From a candidate division WWE3 bacterium RIFOXYB1_FULL_43_24 (GTDB taxonomy: Bacteria; Patescibacteriota; WWE3; UBA101185; UBA10185), in NCBI GenBank assembly GCA_001773135.1, contig MEVX01000012.1:1-41711 (forward strand): a stretch of DNA of 41,711 bases, in the 5' to 3' direction. The notes beneath the pieces were generated by a model, which had not been told where the DNA came from, did not search any database, and saw only the letters and a program-made list of their open reading frames with translations. The position numbers and the translations under genes are program-made. Positions 35,318-41,711 of the stretch are shown here, piece after piece (within the stretch, counting starts at the first letter, position 1; each line of letters starts with the position of its first letter).

Positions 35318-35353
35318 GAAAAGCGGGTATCACTTTGTGGTAGCCACTTTTTT
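35318..35353 (+). terminator. imperfect terminator hairpin after the duplicated tRNA end
   Basis: AAAAGCGGGTATCAC-TTT-GTGGTAGCCACTTTTTT. Confidence 0.55.
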
Positions 35354-35380
35354 ATGTTCGGTTAGTTTTTTATTCATACC

Positions 35381-35914
35381 TCATTCATTATCCGGAACAA
35401 GATCCGATATTCCCAGAAGTTTTTTCTGCTCTTCTTCCCGTTCATACTGTTCCCTCTCTAATTTTGCCGTCCAGCTCTCTTTAGGTGTACGTTTGATTCT
35501 AGTTTTCTTTGGTGTTACCTCCGGTTCTACTTTCGGTGTCCCGTGAAGAATTAAATCCAAAACTTCAGCAGGGTATTTTTCTTTGGCTGCAAGATACTGC
35601 TCGTATGTTGCAAGCATGGCGTCTTCCGTTTTTATTTTATCCGGAGGATGCGCCATGATAGTCGTGTCTTCCAGCCATTTTTTAGTAGCCCTCGTTGCTA
35701 CATCCATATGGCTAAACGGTTCTTCGTTTGACTCATCTTCGAGCTCTTTCTCAGCCTGCAAAACGTATTTTGCTCTTACATTGTTAATTCTTGGAAGTGG
35801 CTCTGTTGGCGCTGCCTCTGGAGCTACATCTGCAATAGAAGCTATCTCCTCTTTAGGTGTGGTGTCTTCCGGTTCTTCCGGAAACGCATCTAATTGTGTC
35901 CAATTTTCGTTCAC
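35381..35914 (-). CDS. acidic hypothetical protein
   Basis: Start reassigned to the GTG overlapping the upstream TGA (GTGA at 35914..35911). Confidence 0.65.
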   Translation of the reverse strand: MNENWTQLDAFPEEPEDTTPKEEIASIADVAPEAAPTEPLPRINNVRAKYVLQAEKELEDESNEEPFSHMDVATRATKKWLEDTTIMAHPPDKIKTEDAMLATYEQYLAAKEKYPAEVLDLILHGTPKVEPEVTPKKTRIKRTPKESWTAKLEREQYEREEEQKKLLGISDLVPDNE

Positions 35915-36831
35915 AGAGTTTGAGTTGGTTTCGATCGTTTGCGCATTATCTTTTTGATAATTTTGAATACTACGACCGCCCCTAAAATTATCGGCAAGTA
36001 CACAGCAAACCAAATTGCGAATGAACCGATGTCCTGGAGTGTTCCTAACATAGACCTAACCGCCTGTTTGAATATAACTTCAGGTCTCCACGGTTGCGCG
36101 GGGGTGTAAGGCAGACCAAGTTCGTCAGTTGAAATATAGATAGTAAGTTTACTGGTCTTGGTCGTCCCATCCATATACTGTAACTTTCCCTTATAGGAAT
36201 CTATTTGGTTTTGTATCTGATCTAAGGCTTGTTGAACGGATAGCATTTCGTTTACTGTGGTAGCTTTGTCCAGTATCGCGAGCATTCTAGTTCTTTGAGC
36301 TTCGAGATCGCCCAAGCGTCTTTCAATATCTACGTATTGATCCGTAATATCGCGCCCGTCTACGTTCTCAGAAACGACTTTGATCGCAACACTTCTGAGA
36401 TATTTTGACATTTCCTCGATCTTTTCAGACGGAACTCTAATTTGAAGGACGGCATTTTCTCCGTACTCTGTTCTACTGATGTTAGTGTTTACCATATACC
36501 CGCCCATAAGAAGGGTCTTCTCTTTTATCATTTCTACAGTTGGTGTTACGTCTTTCACCAACAAAGAAAAGTTCGATTCAACGACAACTTTTCTATCCGT
36601 AATGTCGGGTTGGGGAGCTGCCTCGCGGCCGTATTTATAGGCACCATTACTTAATCCCATCATTGGCGCGGTACCGTATGAATCAACTGCGTAACTTTCT
36701 TCAGTAGACATTCTCGTACTTCCACTTAACAAGGTTCTGGGAATTGAATTTAACACCCACCAACCTGCAACAATCAGAAGCAGGGTAAGCAATTTGTTTC
36801 TTTTTATCCAGTCAATAATTTTATTTATCAT
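35911..36831 (-). CDS. DUF4349 domain protein
   Basis: RKVV...GGYM...IRVP...DITDQYVD...L...A...EML.V...L. Confidence 0.88.
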   Translation of the reverse strand: MINKIIDWIKRNKLLTLLLIVAGWWVLNSIPRTLLSGSTRMSTEESYAVDSYGTAPMMGLSNGAYKYGREAAPQPDITDRKVVVESNFSLLVKDVTPTVEMIKEKTLLMGGYMVNTNISRTEYGENAVLQIRVPSEKIEEMSKYLRSVAIKVVSENVDGRDITDQYVDIERRLGDLEAQRTRMLAILDKATTVNEMLSVQQALDQIQNQIDSYKGKLQYMDGTTKTSKLTIYISTDELGLPYTPAQPWRPEVIFKQAVRSMLGTLQDIGSFAIWFAVYLPIILGAVVVFKIIKKIMRKRSKPTQTL

Positions 36832-36872
36832 GGATTAATATTCGTACGTTGGGGATTTTGTGTCAAGGAAGC

Positions 36873-37166
36873 TCAAAGCCACTTTTTCTTGGGAAAATCT
36901 TTTACCTTTTCGACGGGTTTGGATTTTATTTTTTTAATAATTTTTTTCTCAGGTTTTTTGGTCAGGTGCTCTATTTCTTTTAATGTAGCGAAAATTCTAG
37001 CTGTAATGAGCTGCTCCTGTGAGACCCAATAATCATACGCAAAATTTTCCCTGAGATCTTTGTTTTCTTCGGCCGCTAAACCTTTTTCAAAAGTGGCTCC
37101 CTCGAGTTTTTTGCGTTGTTCTGATAGGCGCTCTCTCAGCCGTTCGACTTTTTCTTCAACGTTCAT
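36873..37166 (-). CDS. Gre-factor N-terminal-domain-only protein
   Basis: Antiparallel coiled coil with DLRENFAY tip; Lys-rich tail in place of the C-terminal domain. Confidence 0.75.
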   Translation of the reverse strand: MNVEEKVERLRERLSEQRKKLEGATFEKGLAAEENKDLRENFAYDYWVSQEQLITARIFATLKEIEHLTKKPEKKIIKKIKSKPVEKVKDFPKKKWL

Positions 37167-37203
37167 AAAGGGAATTTTATCATGTAGTAAGCGGGCGGAA
37201 AGA

Positions 37204-37929
37204 TTAAATTAGTTTAAAACTGTGCAGGACGATTCCTACCGCAATGCTTAGGTTCAATGAGTCTACATCTTTAGAAAAGTTTATTTTTACGTTTTCACCA
37301 AGCGCCAGTTCTTTTGCCGAAAAACCTGAGGATTCGCTTCCGAAAACGAAAGAGCTTTTTTCAGGAGAGTTTAGTTTTTTTTGCGTAAGTTCCTCTAACG
37401 TGATGTTGCCTTTGGGGGTGAGTAAGAACAGCTCCCTTCCAAATTTCGTGGTGTAATCTGTCAGTTTATCGAAGTATTCAAAATTAACGGTAAACACACT
37501 TCCCATAGATGCCCTTATAACTTTTGGATCAAAAATATCTACGGCGGGACGGATGAGCGCTAGATTTTTGTATCCAAATGCGTGCAAAGTCCTTATTATT
37601 GTACCCAAATTACCCATATTTTCAGGATTTACCAGGACAACGTGGGGTTTGTCAGTTAACAACGGGGCTGAGTATTTTGAGAAACGAGCTCCTGCATAAA
37701 CATTTTCTTTTCCGGAAAGTCTCATCAAAACCTTTTGTCCCTCCTCGACCCTTACGTTGTGTTTGTTAGCAAGTTTGGTAATTTCTTTGACTCCGGAATT
37801 GTTTTGTCCTTTTGGGTTTATGAAAACCTCGATAATACTTTCGGGCTTGTACTTAAACAGTTCGATAGTAGGATAAACGCCCAGGCAATAAGAATTCGAT
37901 TGGTTTTTATCGTAATTTCTTAATTTCAC
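37204..37929 (-). CDS. TrmH/SpoU family RNA 2'-O-methyltransferase
   Basis: GNLGTIIRT, VIRASMGS, FGSESSG, SLNLSIA. Confidence 0.93.
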   Translation of the reverse strand: MKLRNYDKNQSNSYCLGVYPTIELFKYKPESIIEVFINPKGQNNSGVKEITKLANKHNVRVEEGQKVLMRLSGKENVYAGARFSKYSAPLLTDKPHVVLVNPENMGNLGTIIRTLHAFGYKNLALIRPAVDIFDPKVIRASMGSVFTVNFEYFDKLTDYTTKFGRELFLLTPKGNITLEELTQKKLNSPEKSSFVFGSESSGFSAKELALGENVKINFSKDVDSLNLSIAVGIVLHSFKLI

Positions 37930-39116
37930 TGCCTGAACTTAATAGAATTTAGTATGTTGTTTACGGTTGTTTTAAACTCGGCGCTGCCTTCTTTTACACC
38001 TACTACCACCAGTTCAGCTCCCTTCGGGCCCTCTGTGTTTACAAATATATAATAGGCGTCTTTCCAGCTATACCCCGTAACCTTTACCGCAGCTTCGCCG
38101 TTAAACGTGAAGTTTTCCTGGCTTCCATTTGGAGGGTATCCTTTAGCAGCGAAGAAGTCGTCGGACATCTTATTTATCTCGGTTTGTAAAAGACCGTCAA
38201 AAGTTGCTCCTCTTTGCACCGGTGTTACTGATATAACTACCCCGGCATCTTTTTGTGTTTCCTCACATACAGAAAGTATCACTCTGTACCGGGTATCTGT
38301 GGGCATCGGTACCAGGCAGTCATTTACGAGGTACGAAGGGTACTCAAATTTTACACCGCTTTGAACGTCTGACACCGATTTAAGGAACTCTGTAACTTCA
38401 AATCTTTGCGGGAGTAAGGTTATCGACTTGATTATCTCTTCAGTAATAATATCGTACTGCTGTCTAAACCCAACGTCTCCTTTGTAAAATTTAGAGACTT
38501 CAAAAAATTTACCACCGAAGTCTATATAGTGGTTTCTATAATAACCGTTACAATAGTCTATCTGGTAGTAAAGAGTATCGTACTCTCCCATCTTTCCGTC
38601 TGTTATTCCTGAGTAAATTGTTGATTCAGGGCACGTGGTTCTCATCGCTTCTAATCTAGTAGAAGCAAATTGATTCAGATCTCTTATTCTGGTCGAGAAG
38701 ACAGTAATTGTTACTTTGTATCCTTCTAAAAATTCCAGGTTGTTATCTTTCGAATAAAGTACCTCAACCTTACCCTCACCTTTTTCTGTGTCGAAGGATT
38801 CCGTCAGGTTTGCTTCGACTGGATATTTGAAAGAAATTTGTAAAGTTGTGTTGGAATACTCTTTTTCTTTCTCCAAATTTTCCTCGGGCGTAATCATAAC
38901 CGGGGTCTCCGCAGGAGGGTTAGAAACGAATCTCACACGGTCCTGTATCATTTCTTTGCGTATTTTTAAGGCGAAGACTGTTAGCGCTATAAGCGCAGAG
39001 ATCGCCACTACAGCAATGGCGGCCTTCTTGATAAAATTTCTTTTATGGTGAAGAATAATTTCTTCTTTTTGCTGGATGCTAAGATTTTCAAACTCGGGGC
39101 TGTTTATTTTTTCCAT
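37926..39116 (-). CDS. single-TM protein with two PsbP-like extracellular repeats
   Basis: Repeated SFKYP/KFEYP starts and IIKSITL/ILNSIKF ends. Confidence 0.7.
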   Translation of the reverse strand: MEKINSPEFENLSIQQKEEIILHHKRNFIKKAAIAVVAISALIALTVFALKIRKEMIQDRVRFVSNPPAETPVMITPEENLEKEKEYSNTTLQISFKYPVEANLTESFDTEKGEGKVEVLYSKDNNLEFLEGYKVTITVFSTRIRDLNQFASTRLEAMRTTCPESTIYSGITDGKMGEYDTLYYQIDYCNGYYRNHYIDFGGKFFEVSKFYKGDVGFRQQYDIITEEIIKSITLLPQRFEVTEFLKSVSDVQSGVKFEYPSYLVNDCLVPMPTDTRYRVILSVCEETQKDAGVVISVTPVQRGATFDGLLQTEINKMSDDFFAAKGYPPNGSQENFTFNGEAAVKVTGYSWKDAYYIFVNTEGPKGAELVVVGVKEGSAEFKTTVNNILNSIKFRQ

Positions 39117-39290
39117 GATATGTAAATGATATCACTTCATGAATTGTCATTGTAAATGTTGACAAATGTCTTAAATAAATATGTAATTAAAGTGTAATGA
39201 ATGGAAATAAATTTATTTCTGTCCAATAATTATTTTTCTTTAGAACACACTCTGAAGTGTGTTCGCATTTTTTGTAGGAGGTGATCTTTG

Positions 39291-39395
39291 ATGCCAGTAA
39301 AGAAAAAAGCAAAGAAAGTTGCAAAGAAAGTAGTAAAGAAAAAAGCAAAGAAAACCGTTAAGAGAAAAGCTAAGAAATCTTCCAAGAAGAAGTAA
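39291..39395 (+). CDS. 34-aa lysine-rich histone-H1-like peptide (not in ORF track)
   Basis: MPVKKKAKKVAKKVVKKKAKKTVKRKAKKSSKKK; RBS AGGAGGTG; TTGACA-17-TGTAAT upstream; terminator downstream. Confidence 0.85.
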   Translation: MPVKKKAKKVAKKVVKKKAKKTVKRKAKKSSKKK

Positions 39396-39479
39396 CAGTC
39401 TTCCGATAGGAAGCGATATCTTAGGAGGGAGCTTTCATTTGAAAGCAAACTGCCTTCAATTAACGATTAGTTACTTTCG

Positions 39480-39515
39480 GAAAGTGGTCTCACGAAAAGG
39501 GGCCACTTTCTTTTT
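39480..39515 (+). terminator. intrinsic terminator
   Basis: GAAAGTGGTCTC-loop-GGGGCCACTTTC-TTTTT. Confidence 0.8.
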
Positions 39516-39541
39516 GTCTCTTAAATTTTTATTTGAAAATT

Positions 39542-40129
39542 TTAAAGCCCTAACATTCCGGAATTTTTTTTCATTGAGTTGAGGGTCATCGATACAAAAT
39601 CATTCAGGTTTATTCCGAGCTTCTGTTCACATTGAGAAATTTGTTCGCGGTCAACTTGTTTCGCAAATTCTTTTTGCTTAAATTTCTTTAAGACCGAATC
39701 AACCGTAACTTGTTCAAGTTTCTTTTCGGGCATGACTAATGCTACAGCTACAATAAAACCTGTGAGTTCATCACAGCACTCTAAAGTCCATTCAAGACGG
39801 GTTTCCGGGAAACGCAATTTTGTTATTTTTGAATTATGCGAACGGAACACATCTAAAAGTTCTGGTTCGACCTCATAACTTTCAAGCCACTCGAGAAGTT
39901 CAATCGTGTGTCTTTCCGGGTTGTCTTTTGTTATTTCCCAGTCGGCGTCGTGAAGTATGCCTGCAATTTCCCAGTGATCCTTGGTAAGATTTCCAGAAGC
40001 TGGGAAAAAATCATAGAAATCAGCTAGTACCTTTCCTACGGCATAACAATGTCTTCTCAAATTTTCATTTTTCATTTTTTTGTGAAGAAGGTCTAACGCC
40101 GTATTTTTATCCAGCCTACTCTTGTCCAT
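39542..40129 (-). CDS. HD-superfamily hydrolase (HDIG-like)
   Basis: LRRHC, GILHDADWE, SHN, CDELTG, KFKQKEFA; start at MDKSR just after the lysS stop. Confidence 0.88.
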   Translation of the reverse strand: MDKSRLDKNTALDLLHKKMKNENLRRHCYAVGKVLADFYDFFPASGNLTKDHWEIAGILHDADWEITKDNPERHTIELLEWLESYEVEPELLDVFRSHNSKITKLRFPETRLEWTLECCDELTGFIVAVALVMPEKKLEQVTVDSVLKKFKQKEFAKQVDREQISQCEQKLGINLNDFVSMTLNSMKKNSGMLGL

Positions 40130-40134
40130 ACTTT

Positions 40135-41637
40135 TTACTTCAGCCCGTAGATACCTTTTGTAACCGAATCTATCTCGTGCCTCAATTGGGGAAAGGGAAC
40201 TCCTTCTTTTGCCGGTACATTTTCTAAAAACCAAAACACTCTTTCCGAATGTCCGTAACCTAAGGTCGGCGGCATTCCGTATTCAAGCATCTCTACAAAA
40301 TCTATATCCAAAAATTGAGCTTCGGCGTCTCCGCTATCTCTGAGTGACTGTTGTTCCTTAAATCTTTCATATTGATCGACAGGATCGTTCAGCTCGGAAA
40401 ATCCGTTTCCAAGTTCTCCTCCGGCAACAATCGGGTGAAATCTCATCGCATACATAGGATTGGCCGGGTTGGCTTTAGCCAAAGGAGACAGGAATTTTGG
40501 CTCATTTACAACAAAAGCGGGACCCTGAATGTCTTTCCTGATGGTTTTCCATAGACTATCCACGCCGCGCCCAAAGTTCATGTTTTTGTCTATTTTTATG
40601 TGTTTTTTTTCAAGGATTTTTTTGACATCGTCGAAATCGGAATTAAAAATGTCGAGACCAAATTTTTCTTTGAAGATTTCGGAGTAATCGATTATTTCCC
40701 ACTCTTTTCCAAAATCAACTTTGAATCCTTTAATCTCAAACTTTTGAGTTCCATAAACTTCTTCCGCGACGTAGCGGAAAAGATTTGTTATAAACTTCAT
40801 TCCGTCGTTCCAGTCGGCGTATGCCCAGTAGAATTCCATGGCAATGTGTTCCGGTAGATGTTCGTCGGAAATTCCTTCGTTTCTGAAGCGCGGACCTATC
40901 TCGTACACTTTTTCGTAGCCCCCGCCGATTAAACGTTTTAAATAAAGTTCCTGGGAAATTCTTAAATAAAAATCCTGATCAAGAACATCCATGTGTGTAA
41001 CAAATGGGTTGGCATCTGCACCGCCGGGCGTTGTTTCTAAAACCGGAATGTTCATCTCAAGGAACCCTTGTTTCTTAAAAAAATCACGGTGGGCTTCCCA
41101 AAATTTTGATCTTCTTATAAATCTTTGGTAAACGTCGGGGTTTATATTTGTATCAATGTAACGTCTTCGCAGTCTGGTTTCCTTGTCCTTTAATCCGTCC
41201 CACATGTCAGGAAGAGGGCGGAGCGACTTTGTGAGAATTCTTATGGAAGTTACCTCTACGGATACTTCGCCTCTCTGGGTCTTGGTAAGAATGCCTTTAC
41301 CTTCAGCAAAATCACCCGAATCGAGAAGATTAAGCTCTTCAAATCCTACTTCACTTTTTGTGTGGTCGGGATTAAGAAGCGCGTCGTCTTTTATATATAA
41401 TTGTATTTTTCCGGTGGCGTCTTTGAGATCGATAAAAGCAAGTTTTCCGTGTTTTCTAATTGAGACGATTCTTCCGGATGCAACTACTTCGTTACCCTCG
41501 AGCTTTTCAAAGGATTCGTGGAAAACATTATTAGAGTGTGATTTGTATGAAGTAGGGGGAAACGGATCTACACCGAGAGTTTTAAGTTTTTCCAACTTTT
41601 CTATTCTGACTTGTCTGAGCTCTGATAAGGTTGCCAT
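40135..41637 (-). CDS. lysS: lysine--tRNA ligase (class II)
   Basis: OB fold, GGADANPF, YLRISQELYLKRL, FRNEG, ELGNGFSELNDP, EYGMPP; start at MATL. Confidence 0.97.
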   Translation of the reverse strand: MATLSELRQVRIEKLEKLKTLGVDPFPPTSYKSHSNNVFHESFEKLEGNEVVASGRIVSIRKHGKLAFIDLKDATGKIQLYIKDDALLNPDHTKSEVGFEELNLLDSGDFAEGKGILTKTQRGEVSVEVTSIRILTKSLRPLPDMWDGLKDKETRLRRRYIDTNINPDVYQRFIRRSKFWEAHRDFFKKQGFLEMNIPVLETTPGGADANPFVTHMDVLDQDFYLRISQELYLKRLIGGGYEKVYEIGPRFRNEGISDEHLPEHIAMEFYWAYADWNDGMKFITNLFRYVAEEVYGTQKFEIKGFKVDFGKEWEIIDYSEIFKEKFGLDIFNSDFDDVKKILEKKHIKIDKNMNFGRGVDSLWKTIRKDIQGPAFVVNEPKFLSPLAKANPANPMYAMRFHPIVAGGELGNGFSELNDPVDQYERFKEQQSLRDSGDAEAQFLDIDFVEMLEYGMPPTLGYGHSERVFWFLENVPAKEGVPFPQLRHEIDSVTKGIYGLK

Positions 41638-41661
41638 TAACTTATTCAATCAGAAACGGCT

Positions 41662-41711
41662 TTAATAATCAATCTTAAGAATAGTGTAGGTAAGCTTTCC
41701 CATGGGAGCTT
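41662..41711 (-). CDS. greA: 3' end of transcription elongation factor GreA (partial)
   Basis: Reads ...APMGKLTYTILKIDY*, matching the GreA C-terminal P.G...y.Il.I.y pattern; greA-lysS is a common gene order. Confidence 0.65.
   Translation of the reverse strand, partial: APMGKLTYTILKIDY

Noticed and set aside
35915-36013. 103-bp overlap between the DUF4349 gene and the downstream ORF
   Set aside because: It disappears if the GTG overlapping the stop (35914) is the start; the same logic removes the HD/lysS and methyltransferase/truB head overlaps.
39230-39448. Phe-rich 72-aa minus-strand ORF that looks like a membrane protein
   Set aside because: It is the antisense shadow of the Lys-rich peptide, which has the SD, promoter and terminator.
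825-41665. Numerous 60-160-aa antisense or alternate-frame ORFs inside conserved genes (e.g. 825..1256, 2642..3055, 15695..16069, 41183..41665)
   Set aside because: Fully nested in well-supported genes, with no motifs or expression signals; typical shadow ORFs.
1-41711. Alternative genetic code (TGA=Gly, as in Gracilibacteria/Absconditabacteria)
   Set aside because: TGA ends several full-length conserved genes (tsaE, uppS, ABC ATPase, DUF134) and long ORFs are intact under code 11.

Overview
A gene-dense, AT-rich bacterial chromosome segment read with the standard code 11. Its content (no recognisable amino-acid or nucleotide biosynthesis operons, many membrane-anchored or secreted hypothetical proteins, cupin-type Pgi, short TsaB) suggests Patescibacteria/CPR, possibly WWE3/Microgenomates; this is inference. 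The housekeeping backbone is: 5' part of RNase P RNA, a candidate 6S-like RNA, mltG, ftsEX plus a coiled-coil/M23 hydrolase, tsaE/tsaB, sugar epimerase and glycosyltransferases, DsbA/VKOR, truB, uppS, bcp, pgi, tspO, a MacAB-like exporter, an amidase, NYN, VanW, TrmH, an HD protein, lysS, the 3' end of greA, and three tRNAs (Pro-GGG, Gln-CTG, Glu-CTC). The most unusual signal is that all three tRNAs have their 3' end duplicated downstream. Each duplicate is attached to a ~150-200-bp unit of strand-specific hairpins (tandem G.A mismatches, G.T pairs that work only on the tRNA-sense strand), and one stem covaries between the Pro and Gln loci. At tRNA-Gln these units punctuate a ~5-kb array of self-promoted cargo genes with no intact integrase: three HEPN-type proteins, an HNH nuclease, a hydrolase-nucleotidyltransferase fusion and small membrane proteins, some individually bracketed by short direct repeats. 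I propose a tRNA-anchored, integron-like cassette system as a hypothesis. Other highlights: two apparently circularly permuted enzymes (M23 peptidase, DsbA), an NpmA/KamB-type 16S methyltransferase sharing a 22-bp bidirectional promoter region with truB, a Gre factor reduced to its N-terminal coiled coil, three small proteins missed by the ORF track, and pervasive leaderless gene architecture. Protein family calls come from motif recognition by eye; no database search was run.
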